Source: Oopsacas minuta (lineage: Eukaryota; Animalia; Porifera). From it: DNA of 64,000 nucleotides. Shown here piece by piece: positions 32,701 to 43,550 of the stretch (within the stretch, counting starts at the first letter, position 1; each line of letters opens with the position of its first letter). The translations under genes and the position numbers were made by a program. The notes below the pieces were generated by a model. It saw only the letters and a program-made list of their open reading frames with translations, searched no databases and had not been told where the DNA came from. Location: contig JAKMXF010000343.1 in assembly GCA_024704765.1 (NCBI GenBank), forward strand, positions 1-64,000, written 5' to 3'.

Positions 32701-33017
32701 TTTTGAAAGAATGTGATAAATTCTAGTAAATAACATTAACAAACGAAAGTTAACTTACCTCCGTAAATTGGTGAAATAGTTCGTTGTACAAAATGGCTTT
32801 CATCGTCAACATAACCAGTTTCAAAGAAGTTTGATTCTGTCAAACTCGGGGATTTTTCGAGAGTGCTCTCCGGAGCAGTATTCGGCCGTTTACGACTGTC
32901 GTCGTCAAACGGACTCTCAGGCAGAAATCCTCCTTGTGATGAACTTGTGGATAGCGAAGCGAATGTCGGAATATTTGTTGAGGAGACCCAATCGTGTGAA
33001 GAAATAGGAGAAGTCAT
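29788..33017 (-). CDS. CDK4/6-like cyclin-dependent kinase with a long Ser/Pro-rich N-terminal extension. Predicted exons 32759-33017 and 29788-31625
   Basis: Kinase domain with GSGTYG, VAIK, PQHTYRE (PSTAIRE position), HRDLKPANIL, DFG and VVTLWYRAPE. A phase-1 donor (G|gtaagt at 32758) matches the acceptor ttccag|GT at 31626. Predicted length about 698 aa. Confidence 0.75.
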
Positions 33018-33521
33018 TTATGAATGTTTATTAGTCACATAATTTCTTGAATTTATATACTATTAATTGTGTCAGCTGATGACGAAACTAGGGATTCACT
33101 GTAGCATATAATTTCACGAACTTTATTATGATATGGAATACTATTCAAGGCGCCAATTGTTTAATTATGATAATTGGATGAGGAGAGGTGTTATGTGCGT
33201 TCAGACAATATAGTGATTGTTGTTGAATGAGTAGTGGTTTCGTATTTCTAGGCGGAGATCGGTTTCTCTTTTGCGTTTTGGAAGCAGTTTATAAACTTGC
33301 AAACTCAATTTCTCGGGATTTTCATTGCCGAATCCTTCGATTTCAATACATTCCATAGATTGGACGTTATTTCCCATATTACACCTAAAAATGTGTAATA
33401 ATCGTGTCTCACTTTAGGTACTTAGCTTCCACCTAGACAAATCCCTGAATACTTCCCAGGGAGGATTTGCAAGGTGATCCATCCCTGCTTCTATTCATGT
33501 GATAACTCCATTAGATAGTAA

Positions 33522-36500
33522 ATGCATTTTTCAAAGAATTTCCTCTTCATTTTCATAAACATAATTCCTGTAATATTCTGTACCGAAGAATTCACGAATT
33601 TCTCTGAAAATCAAACACGGTTTATTGGAGATGAAGCTGCATTCCATTGCAAATTCAAAGTAACTGAGGATGATGGGAGTATTGGTATATTCGGAGCACA
33701 ATCTTGGGAGTATAAATTACTGAGAAGTGATACATTTATCTTACTTGACCATGAGGCGGACAACTTTACACTTATAGATATAAGCGGAGTTACAGGTCAC
33801 TCGATTATAATACTAAACACAGTGAGTTTTATTACTTATAACGCCAGTGTCGCGCCACAAAAGCCATGTTTACTGTGCCCACCAGAGGGGGGACTGCCGG
33901 ACTGGTAAGTACTATAGAACTGGGACTTATTGTGGTAATCTGTCCGTAATTTATTCGACAGGCCCTTCATGTTAAGTCCCCATTACAGTTTACCTTATGT
34001 ATGAGCAAGTGTCCTAAATCATACTAAAGCCCAACTGAACTCTCACCTGTTCACAATCTGGCAATGCTGATTCTGACACCTTTCAGTGGTTAATTGAATT
34101 CTAATATGGAACTATAGACACTTTAGAGAATTACATTTTGATTGAACTCATTCATTGTCTATTTTAAAGTTTCAATATACATATACTGGCTTTATGACAT
34201 CACTACATTCTTAATACCCTTATAGGTAACCAGGAATGAGCATGGTCTAGCTATCCGTTGTACTCTAGCGTCACTCTCACGGACAGTATTCCTATTCGTA
34301 TACTCTCCACCAGGACTGTCTCTATCTGATAATAGTTACCAGGTCAGTGAGGGACAGGAGGAGCCTCTAGTTGTCACCTTCCTTACAGAAGGATACCCTG
34401 ATCCTATTTATAGCGATAGATTTGATTGGTAAGTTATACAGAGGTATTTTGTAAATATTCATACCACAGTATATCAAACACTGATACATCGAACTCTGCT
34501 TATATCGACGTAATGATTGGGGTCCCTTGAGCTTTGATATAACTGGAATTGACTGTGTACAATAACACTGTTCCCTTTGGGTGTATAAATTTACACATCT
34601 GATCCACTTGGTCAAGTATTTGCCCATTTGTCTACACAGGTTCTACAATGATGAATTACTCGAGGAATCGTTATACATAGAATTGAAGTCCATCTCCTTC
34701 ACACTAACCTATCCATTACGGACACATACCGGTACCTATTCCCTGACAACGCATACGCCTGCTGGGAATGCTACTGCTGACTTCTACGTAGACGTTGTCT
34801 ATCAACCAGAAGTAGGGATTGGAATTTTATGTTTGACAGAAGAATATGCAGTAATAGGTGATAGGGTAACTTTATCATGTGGTGACGACATACAAGGCAA
34901 TCCAACTCCTACAACTATGTGGTACAAGGTGTGAAATTATACATATAAAATTACTCCACCCAATTATCCTACATCTCTTGCTAAGATACCCCGAAAATAT
35001 CCTTGCTATCTCGCACTTGTCCTTTAATTATTCAAATTTTACGTTTCATCTTTCGAATACTATTTTCCCTAGTTTCATTGCCAAACGGTTAGAAGCTCTT
35101 ATGATTTTGTCTGTTTACTATAACTTCCGAGAGTTTGTCATCTATCAGGTTACTAATCTATACTCAACAATATATTTTTAGAACAACTCCCTCGCATCTC
35201 TTTCAAACACAAACACACTAACTTTTGACAAAGTTACCGTCTCTGATACAGGCCTATATACTTGTAACATCAGTAATCCTCTGGGATATATTACAACTGA
35301 AACACAGCTGTATGTGTATGGTTCTGCTAGCCCTCCTGTATGGGATAAAGATGAAAACGTTGTTGGAGCTACTAATATACTGTTTGTGTGGGGAATTCCT
35401 TTGGAAACTTATGGTCTCGAGGTTGATTCTTTTGAATTGAGAGTTCAACACACTTCAGGTAAGTTTATACAGCCAGCTCTCGTTATATAGAAATGCCTAT
35501 AACGAAGTGTGAAATTGCAAATATGGTCCCAAACTGTCAAAGTAATATATAAGCCATCGGTTATATCTGAGTAATTATCACGGCCCCTTGAGCTTAGATA
35601 TCATAAGTTGACTATATTTTTCATAGTTTTGATCTTTTAATAGATTCAAGTTTATTATTTGAAGTGACTATTCCTGGTCAGAACTTATCTTTTTCAATAT
35701 CTTATAAGGATGGAATACTGGTGAGTTGAAGTACTGGTGAGCTGTATCAGTGGAACTAAAATTCAAAATTCCCTCCAGTTTTTTAATGTATATTGGTGAG
35801 GGGTCCACAGTAATTCGATGGAGGTGTTGTTCAGTGGTGGTCCGAGGATCTGGCAAACGAATCCGAGCCGCGGGATAAAACTCTTAACCTGGAGGGAAAT
35901 ACTGGTTTGCTTCCCCTAGGACGGCCCCTGGAATTGTCCTTATATGAACTCCAAGTTTAGGAATGTTTTCATTTAGGTATATCCTGATACTCTGTATACA
36001 GCTTATATTCGTTCATACACATATAACAATACTATACAAGGAAATACATCACTTCCATTAACCATAAGAACTCTCCCTTCTGCCCCAATACTTACATCTA
36101 TATATTCACAAATTATCACCTCCAACCTGTCAGCTGGTATATACCTAGATTGGCGCCTATACTCTTCTGGCTTAGCCAATGAAAGCGTAGACTATTATCA
36201 ATTAGAATTTCGTATGAATACCACAATAGAATTTGCAATACAATTACAGTCTCGTGATTTTCTTATTAGAAATTTCAGATCTCATTCGACGTACTTTGCA
36301 AGTGTTCTAGGTAACAGAGATGGGCTGGACGGTGAGCCGCTACACACGGAAATATACACAGGGGGCTACGGTGCACCCCCAACACCTCAATCAATCCTGA
36401 CTTCACAGATTTTGTTTGAGAATCATACAAATGTCATGTTGATGTTCAAAAGCGTTTTGACACCTTATATAGATTTTACTGTCCGAGTTTCATGTCGAAA

Positions 36501-37023
36501 TGTACACAAAAAGAACGTGTCATTGCCCGTGACATCAATTAGGACACTTCCAGATTATTTAGGCGGGAATTTAAGTCTGAAACTAACACCAATTAAGTTT
36601 GATTCAGTTTATAATTGTACAGCTGAGACTTCGAATATCTTTGGCAATACTTCCAAATTCTTCCGTCATATCGGCCCAGGATTTGGTCATTCAGCGACTA
36701 CGAGTACTACGACTACTACTACAGTTCGTCCTCCTACTTCTAACACATTGGCAGCATTCCTAATCATCCTTACCGTTGTCATAATATTACTTTTAATTAT
36801 CCTACTCTCTATTTCTGGTGTCATTATTTTAGTCGCTTATTTATGTTATAAGCGATCGCATTACACTGATTACAAACTTGAAAATATCGAAGTCCCGAAG
36901 AAAACTACAGTGAAGTTATCAAAACCTGGGGAATTTGATTATGAGGCAATGGGGGCGAATGAGGAGCTGTCAGTTAGAGGGTCTGTTGATATTGTAGCTA
37001 GGTGTGAAACAACATCTATATAA
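33522..37023 (+). CDS. Ig-superfamily single-pass receptor/adhesion protein (signal peptide, several Ig domains, FN3, TM, short tail ending in PDZ-binding TSI), multi-exon
   Basis: Ig motifs (VTLSCGDDIQGNPTPTTMWYK; DTGLYTCNISNPLG), FN3-like YPDTLYTAYIRS, Thr-rich stalk and TM LIILTVVIILLLIILLSISGVIILVAYLCY. Confidence 0.75.
35468..35616. mobile_element. MITE family A copy, in an Ig-receptor intron
   Basis: tacagccagctctcgttatatag...caaatatggtcccaaactgtcaaagt...ccccttgagcttagatatcataagttgactata. Confidence 0.75.
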
Positions 37024-37482
37024 ATTTATATCACTTCTGCATGTTTATCACTTTTACTTTTTTGATTCGCATATTTCTACTTTGTATCATATAGGTCGTA
37101 TTTCTATTATTAAAATTAGTTTTTTCTTAACTGCGATTATTTTGAAATAGCGATACAGTGGATGGTTCTTATAACCGGAAGCTACTGTATTATTGGTCAG
37201 GAACAGGACTATACCAATTCTGCTTAATTTCATAACTTGCTAACTGTCCCGATTTTTGGCAGTCGTCTTATGCTATATCCACGAAGTCCCGCTAAATCTA
37301 TTCCTACTGTCCTTCTTAAAATTTGAATTTCTCTCAAAATGTGTGAACTAATGATTCATCATATGAATATGCCCTCTGTCCAATATAAATACAGTAGCAC
37401 CAGATAAACCCGGGAAAAATGTCCCTTCTAACATCCCAACCAATTAGTACACCATATACCCAATTTGTAACGTTCTCTATAT

Positions 37483-37635
37483 TACAGTCAACTCCCATCA
37501 TATCAAACACGGATATATCAAAATATTAATTATACAAATATGGCCTCAAACCGTCAAAGTAACATATACTCCATCTGTTATATCAAAGTAATTATCATGG
37601 TCCCTTGAGCTTCGATATGACGGAAGTTGGCTGTA
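37483..37635. mobile_element. MITE family A copy
   Basis: tacagtcaactcccatcatatc...tcccttgagcttcgatatgacggaagttggctgta, with TA at both ends. Confidence 0.8.
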
Positions 37636-38420
37636 TTTACATATACATTCTTGTTACTAAATTTAGATATTATTTCTCATCAAAATGCAGAGACATCTCC
37701 TTGGTGGTAGAAACATGGTATTTGATTGGCTAACTCCGGGACGTATAAAAGGAATTATTTACTCATTCTACAAAGACTCAACCAAAATGAATTTTATACT
37801 ATTTTTAGGTACAGTTCTAATTATAGAAATAATCTACCCTCCTATACTCGAATCAGTAGCTACCAGTCCTACTACTAGTTAGTTATGTTAGAATGCTAAT
37901 TTCACACCTAAAAGTAGAAGCAAGAATTCTTTGTTACTTGTCACTTAATATTTTAGCTCAATATTATAATTATTATCAATGATGTATTAGAAATTACAGA
38001 TTGTTATTGATCGTTATCTTTAGTATAGTATCCAATACTGCCCTGTCCTCCAGGGTGTCTTGTTACCCGTGGTACACCATATAATTATAGTTATCCCTTA
38101 AGTGTGTATAATTTATGATACTTTGCTTTATAATATTTAATAATTCATAATATTATTATAATCGAATACGTTCAGTATAAATTTAGAATCTATAAATATC
38201 TGTGCTTGCTTATTGAACAACTGGAGGAGAGGCGTATTTGAGAGAGAGAGAGAATTGTACTTGCTTCTGTTTGTGAGTGGAGGGGGAGAAGGCTTGTGAC
38301 GTCGAATGGAGAGGTGTTAGGTGGTATAGAGACACTATATGCAGGGAGAAATCAGGTTATATAGTTCAGTTATATTTAAGAACGAAGATACGAGGTAAAT
38401 TGAATTGTAAATTAGATTAG

Positions 38421-38497
38421 GCGGTTGGTCCCTCAGGGGATGCAGCGATTTCGCTGTGAGTGCACTTGGGACACACTCCGTACCTTTCCCCAACCGC
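38421..38497 (-). ncRNA. Putative twister self-cleaving ribozyme (P1-type topology with a P5 stem)
   Basis: Minus strand GCGGTTGG-GGAA-AGGT-AC-G-GAGTGT-G-TCCCAAGT-GCACTC-A-CAGCG-AAAT-CGCTG-CATC-CCT-GA-GGGA-CCAACCGC. Manual fold gives P1 8 bp, P2 3 bp plus a mismatch, P4 6 bp, P5 5 bp, T1 TCCC/GGGA and T2 AC/GT. The conserved AA at the cleavage site, the catalytic GA and the L4 AA are all present. Confidence 0.7.
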
Positions 38498-38825
38498 GAG
38501 CCTATACGATTGGAGAGTGACAAGGGGAGCATGCATCCCATAATTGGGATGCACCTTCCTAGCTCTTGTACCTATACGTTGCCCTTGTCACCATTACAGT
38601 TACCTAGGCTCTCGCTTCGTTAATTGTATTTACATGGCTTACCCAACAGATCCACCCCCCACTTATAAACTGAAAGACCTATCGAACTTATCCACCTATA
38701 ACTGAAGGTGTTACTAGTTAGTATCCACCACCCAAGATCCATAATCCTCAAATAGTTGATCAGGCTAAGAGAGGGTACAGACCATGGATAATGAATACCA
38801 ACTAGTGTTACATGCGTTTCGTTTT

Positions 38826-39075
38826 AACGTATTCGTATTCGTATTCGATTCGATTCGATTCGATTCGTATTCGATTCGTATTTCGTATTCGATTCGTATT
38901 CGATTCGTATTCGATTCGTATTTCGTATTCGATTCGTATTTCGTATTCGATTCGTATTCGTATTCGATTCGTATTCGATTCGTATTTCGTATTCGATTCG
39001 TATTCGATTCGATTCGTATTCGATTCGTATTTCGTATTCGATTCGATTCGTATTCGTATTTCGTATTCGATTTCG
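38826..39075. repeat. Low-complexity tandem array built from ATTCG/GTATTCG subunits, followed by ~23-bp 'cgacacaactcgacac' repeats to ~39175
   Basis: Directly visible, e.g. gtattcgattcgtatttcgtattcgattc repeated about 250 bp. Confidence 0.9.
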
Positions 39076-39640
39076 TTTCCGCGACACAACTCGACACACC
39101 ACCGCGATACAACTCGACACACCACCGCTACACAACTCGACACAATACCGCGACCAACTCGACACAACACAACACGAATCATCTCCTGGGCATCAAATTC
39201 ACAGGCGCTAATGAATGGTTTATTGGCCGTTTCCATTTCAATGTATGCCAATGGTATCTCCGAAGTAGTAGGCTGCTTGTAGTTGAATGGCAAAGAAGAT
39301 ACGAAGTACTGCCTAGTTATTTATCTCTCCTATTTAAAGTTGACATATTCTAGAAATGTATCTCTCTATTTGACAAGAAATAAGTAATCATATATGGTGA
39401 ATGAACCCCATCATTAATTCACACCTTGTAGCCGTTAAGTTGTATTAATTTAAAGTCCACTGAGTGTCAAAAGTGGTTTGTTCACCAAATCATTGCTTAT
39501 TTGACAAATAAAACGATACATATCTAAAAAATTCCAACTTCCTGTACTATAATATGTGGCTATTATGGGATGCATTACACGTAAATGCTGCGTTACGTTG
39601 CTACGTGGTTATGTTGCGTTGCGTTGATGCGTAGTGTATG

Positions 39641-39674
<34 letters not shown>

Positions 39675-39696
39675 TACACAAGAAATATCAAATTAT

Positions 39697-39862
39697 TTAT
39701 ATTTAGCTCAGCTATACTATAGTACAGTTTTTGTGTATTAGCTTTTTTATGTTCGATGAAAGGTCATTTTTGGGATTAATGAAAGTCACATTTGGGACGA
39801 GTGTATGGGGTTTTTATTATTGCAAAAAAACTGTAGTATACTATAGCTAAGCTAGATATAAG
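39697..39862. mobile_element. MITE-like element with ~35-bp imperfect terminal inverted repeats
   Basis: Left end tatatttagctcagctatactatagtacagttttt pairs with right end aaaaaactgtagtatactatagctaagctagatata (about 4 mismatches). Confidence 0.55.
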
Positions 39863-40289
39863 GAATCTCAAAATATATACACCAATACACCTGTGGATGA
39901 CCTTTGCGCGATGCCCCCATCAATAAGTATGCCAAAGGAGTAACATCGTAACCAAGGAAGAGCAAACATCAATATCAAGACCAAAAGAGTAAATAACAAA
40001 CATCAATATCAAGACCAAAGAACACCAAAAAGAGAGATACAAACAGTAAACAGTTAATATTATTTAATTATAATAATGAGTTGACTAATAAAGCCAAAAT
40101 AAATTCAATAAATTTTACTGCAAATTTGTTATAATTAAATATTAATTTACAAACAATCCATATTGATAAATACCAAATGAATAACAGCGCTATTACACAT
40201 TTGGAATGTATTAATATGAGTATTGGATGGTAAATTAGTATTTAGTAAACAATAATGAAGTAAATATTTATGAATAATACCATATGACA

Positions 40290-40779
40290 AGGTGTTAGAA
40301 TTAATAATATTATTGTAGCGGGACAACAAGTAACACATAACAAGGTGTTACTATTAATAATATATGAATCGGGACAACAAGTAACACATAATAAGGTGTT
40401 ACTATTAATAATATATGAATCGGGACAACAAGTAACACATAAAAGGTGTTACTATTAATAATATATGAATCGGGACAACAAGTAACACATAAAAGGTGTT
40501 ACTATTAATAATATATGAATCGGGACAACAAGTAACACATAACAGGGTGTTACTATTAATAATATATGAATCGGGACAACAAGTAACACATAAAAGGTGT
40601 TACTATTAATAATATATGAATCGGGACAACAAGTAACACATAACAGGGTGTTACTATTAATAATATATGAATCGGGACAATAAGTAACACATAACAAGGT
40701 GTTACTATTAATAATATATGAATCGGGACAATAAGTAACACATAACAAGGTGTTACTATTAATAATATATGAATCGGGA
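40290..40779. repeat. Minisatellite, about 9-10 units of 50-51 bp
   Basis: Unit aacaaggtgttactattaataatatatgaatcgggacaacaagtaacacat, with anchors at 40321, 40372, 40423, 40473 and onward. Confidence 0.92.
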
Positions 40780-41421
40780 TTTGATAATCAAATATAATTT
40801 TGGCGAAATTTCAAAAAGATGATAGTTACTTTAAAATTGTGTAAATAAAATCCGTAAATAAAATACATTTACAAGTTACGTAACAAACTGATTATCCTGA
40901 TTCCAATTTGAAGCCATGTCAGACATCAATAACAAACAAACAATCACGTTGACATCAATAAAAGACCAACTCAGTCTTGTAGAGGAGAATCGCGAGTAGT
41001 AGAATCTTCGTAACCGGTACCAAATAATAGATGAAAAATCCGTTCCTATTTATACTAATTTCTCAGATGCCTGCAAAACACCTGCAAACAATTTCCTGAC
41101 CACCTGCACCTAGTGCAACACCTGCAATAATTTTCTATGTAAAATATAATACTTTAAGACAGGTTACAGCACCTGCACTATATATGTTACTATAGTAGCG
41201 GTATAGTATTTGTATTGAATTAATACTGTAATGCAATTTCTATTGAATATTTGGGCTTATTTTGCTGTTAATTAATTTGAATATTACCGAATATTTACTA
41301 TTTATTTGAAGCTAACAATAGAGGGTAGACTCTGCTTAATAGGGCTCTCGATAAATAGTGTTAATACTTCACTTAACCTGGCCCCGAAGTGACCCTATTG
41401 AGCGGAGTCTACTGTACTTAG

Positions 41422-43230
41422 ATGTTATCTAGCCTTTCCTCTTTCATCTCAACAACAACAACAACAACAACAAGATTTTTTACAATCAAACACGTCAACA
41501 GACCAGCTATGAAATGGATATTAATTCTAGGCATTGGGAGTGTGAGTATTTTAATTGGGATAAGTTGCTACCTACGCTTTAGGAGGAAGACTAAACCGAA
41601 AGCCTTGCAAGCTACACAATTAATGCAATCTGGAGTTTGGAAGTCTTTTCACTCAGGGGCAGCTTCATCACCGGTTACACATGTAACAGTTGCAACCAAT
41701 CATACAAGTGATCAGCTGTTCAATAATGGAGTGATTGCATTCCAGCAGGCTATTGCTTCCTGGAGAACTTGTTGTGAAGTGTTAGATAATCAGGAAGTAG
41801 AGATAGGTGAGTTGACAACAAGAAAACAAGCTAACAAACAAACAAACAATTAACTAAGATATCTATACCACTAGATCCTACTCCAGAAGATAGTGATTTC
41901 TCAGACAGTATAGCAACAATTAACTCAATTCCTATCGTCCCTAAGAGTAACATCAATCAGCGTGGAGTTAGAGCTCTACTAACACAAGCTGAATATCTAT
42001 CACAGTTTGTTGATCGTATAGTCATGAGGTCTAGGAGTAGCATACAAACTAATGGGAGTATTGGGGAAGTCTTGAGGGTAGAGAGTTGTAATTCTGATCA
42101 CGTTGATTATGACTATAAGGTTTGTTTGTTTGTTTGTTTGTACAGTGTATGCCGGTTATATGAACACCCTTGGGAGTAGCAATACATGCTCTTATAACCT
42201 GCATCCACTGTGTATATGCTTGCTTGTTTACTTGTTTACTACTTATTTGTTTATTTTCTTCATAATTACATTCTAGGGTTTACCAAACTCTCCTCTAACT
42301 TCACATCCCTATTTTTCAGATGACATCAACAACAACAAACGAATAGAATATATCTCAGATACAGATTCCTACGAGTCTGCCACACTACAATCAGACACAA
42401 ACAGTATTTGTTTATCTTCAAACATAAACACAGATAAACAAACAATTCCTAGAATAATACTAACAACAAATGTCTTATACAACGAGGCGATCTCGCTGGC
42501 AAGAAGTAATAGAATTTTTGTAAGACACATGCGTAGTGAAATGCTGCACTGTGAGAATGATATTGATTTTATAGCCAAATTGCATTGTATCCGAACAGCC
42601 TTCGATTATTTGATCGAATCAGAGGAAAATTGTTTATTTTTTGAGAACATAACTATAGAAATGATGACGCGTTTTCTTCTGAGCGCCAATAAGGATGCAA
42701 ATGCGTTTTGTGATGAATTCAAGAAAATGGTAAATTTCGTGAAGAATCCTCAAAATGTTCAAACAATCAAGAAAGAACTCAATTCACGGAATCTCAAAGT
42801 AGTCGGTTTTTGGGATGTCGCAATAGACTTTGCGCTTTTAGATGCGTTCACTGATTTAGAAAATCTTCCAGCGCCTGTAACCATGGTAACACAAAACAGA
42901 TGGTTAACACCTGGGCTTAGAGAATCGGCCATGACAAATGCTGTCTGGGCCATTATGCAGGGGAAAATGAAAATGTTGGAAAACCCCAACGGCTTTATGT
43001 TACGCTTTTATAAACTCGGCGAGACATTTATGTTCACTCTTGCTTGGGGGTTTTTGGGTACGGACGAAGTGCTCAAGGAGACTTGTTTTGTTTTGAAGAA
43101 TGGTATTTTAACATTTCTGAGGGACATCTTTGATGTCAGGGTTGCTAACTATTCAAATATCGAAACTCTATCAGATGATATTCTAGCGATTGGTCGTGAC
43201 AGACTGAATTTACTCAAATCACACTTATAA
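41422..43230 (+). CDS. MIGA: Mitoguardin (MIGA/FAM73), multi-exon
   Basis: N-terminal TM (WILILGIGSVSILIGISCYL) and C-terminal lipid-transfer domain DFIAKLHCIRTAF...DFALLDAFTDLENLP...NRWL...AWGFLG...DDIL. Confidence 0.88.
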
Positions 43231-43550
43231 TTATTGACTATTCTATTTGTGTATTTTTGTGAGTTATTTTGTATACGAATTTTGGGATTTATATGGATCT
43301 GGGAATATGTTTATCGACACCTTGTGGTTCCAGTTTCAATACACCTGACGGGGGTGATTATTCATATTTTAACACCCTTGGACGTGGGACATAACATTCT
43401 ATATATGAATATATTCACCAAGTCCCCTAATGTGCTTCTGTGATGTGTTATGTCCCAGTTTCCATAGTTACCTCGTTGGTATTTGGCTACACCTTTCAGG
43501 GTAGGAAATTATTTGTTTATTAACACTTTTATACATTTGTTTAGTAAATC

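Noticed and set aside
33076-33088. CTGATGA-C-GAAAC, a hammerhead catalytic-core-like string
   Set aside because: There is no stem II, stem III is not supported beyond 2 bp, and the flanks after the GTA triplet do not pair with stem I. Treated as chance.
37685-37882. 65-aa ORF with a hydrophobic stretch downstream of the Ig receptor
   Set aside because: It has no recognisable motif or supporting exon context, so it cannot be supported as a gene.
38765-39353. Five overlapping ORFs on both strands
   Set aside because: They are artifacts of the stop-poor ATTCG array and show no protein-like complexity.
40290-40779. 50-51-bp repeats as CRISPR, or ORFs 40455-40748 as proteins
   Set aside because: This is a pure tandem minisatellite without spacers. 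The ORFs are repeat translations.
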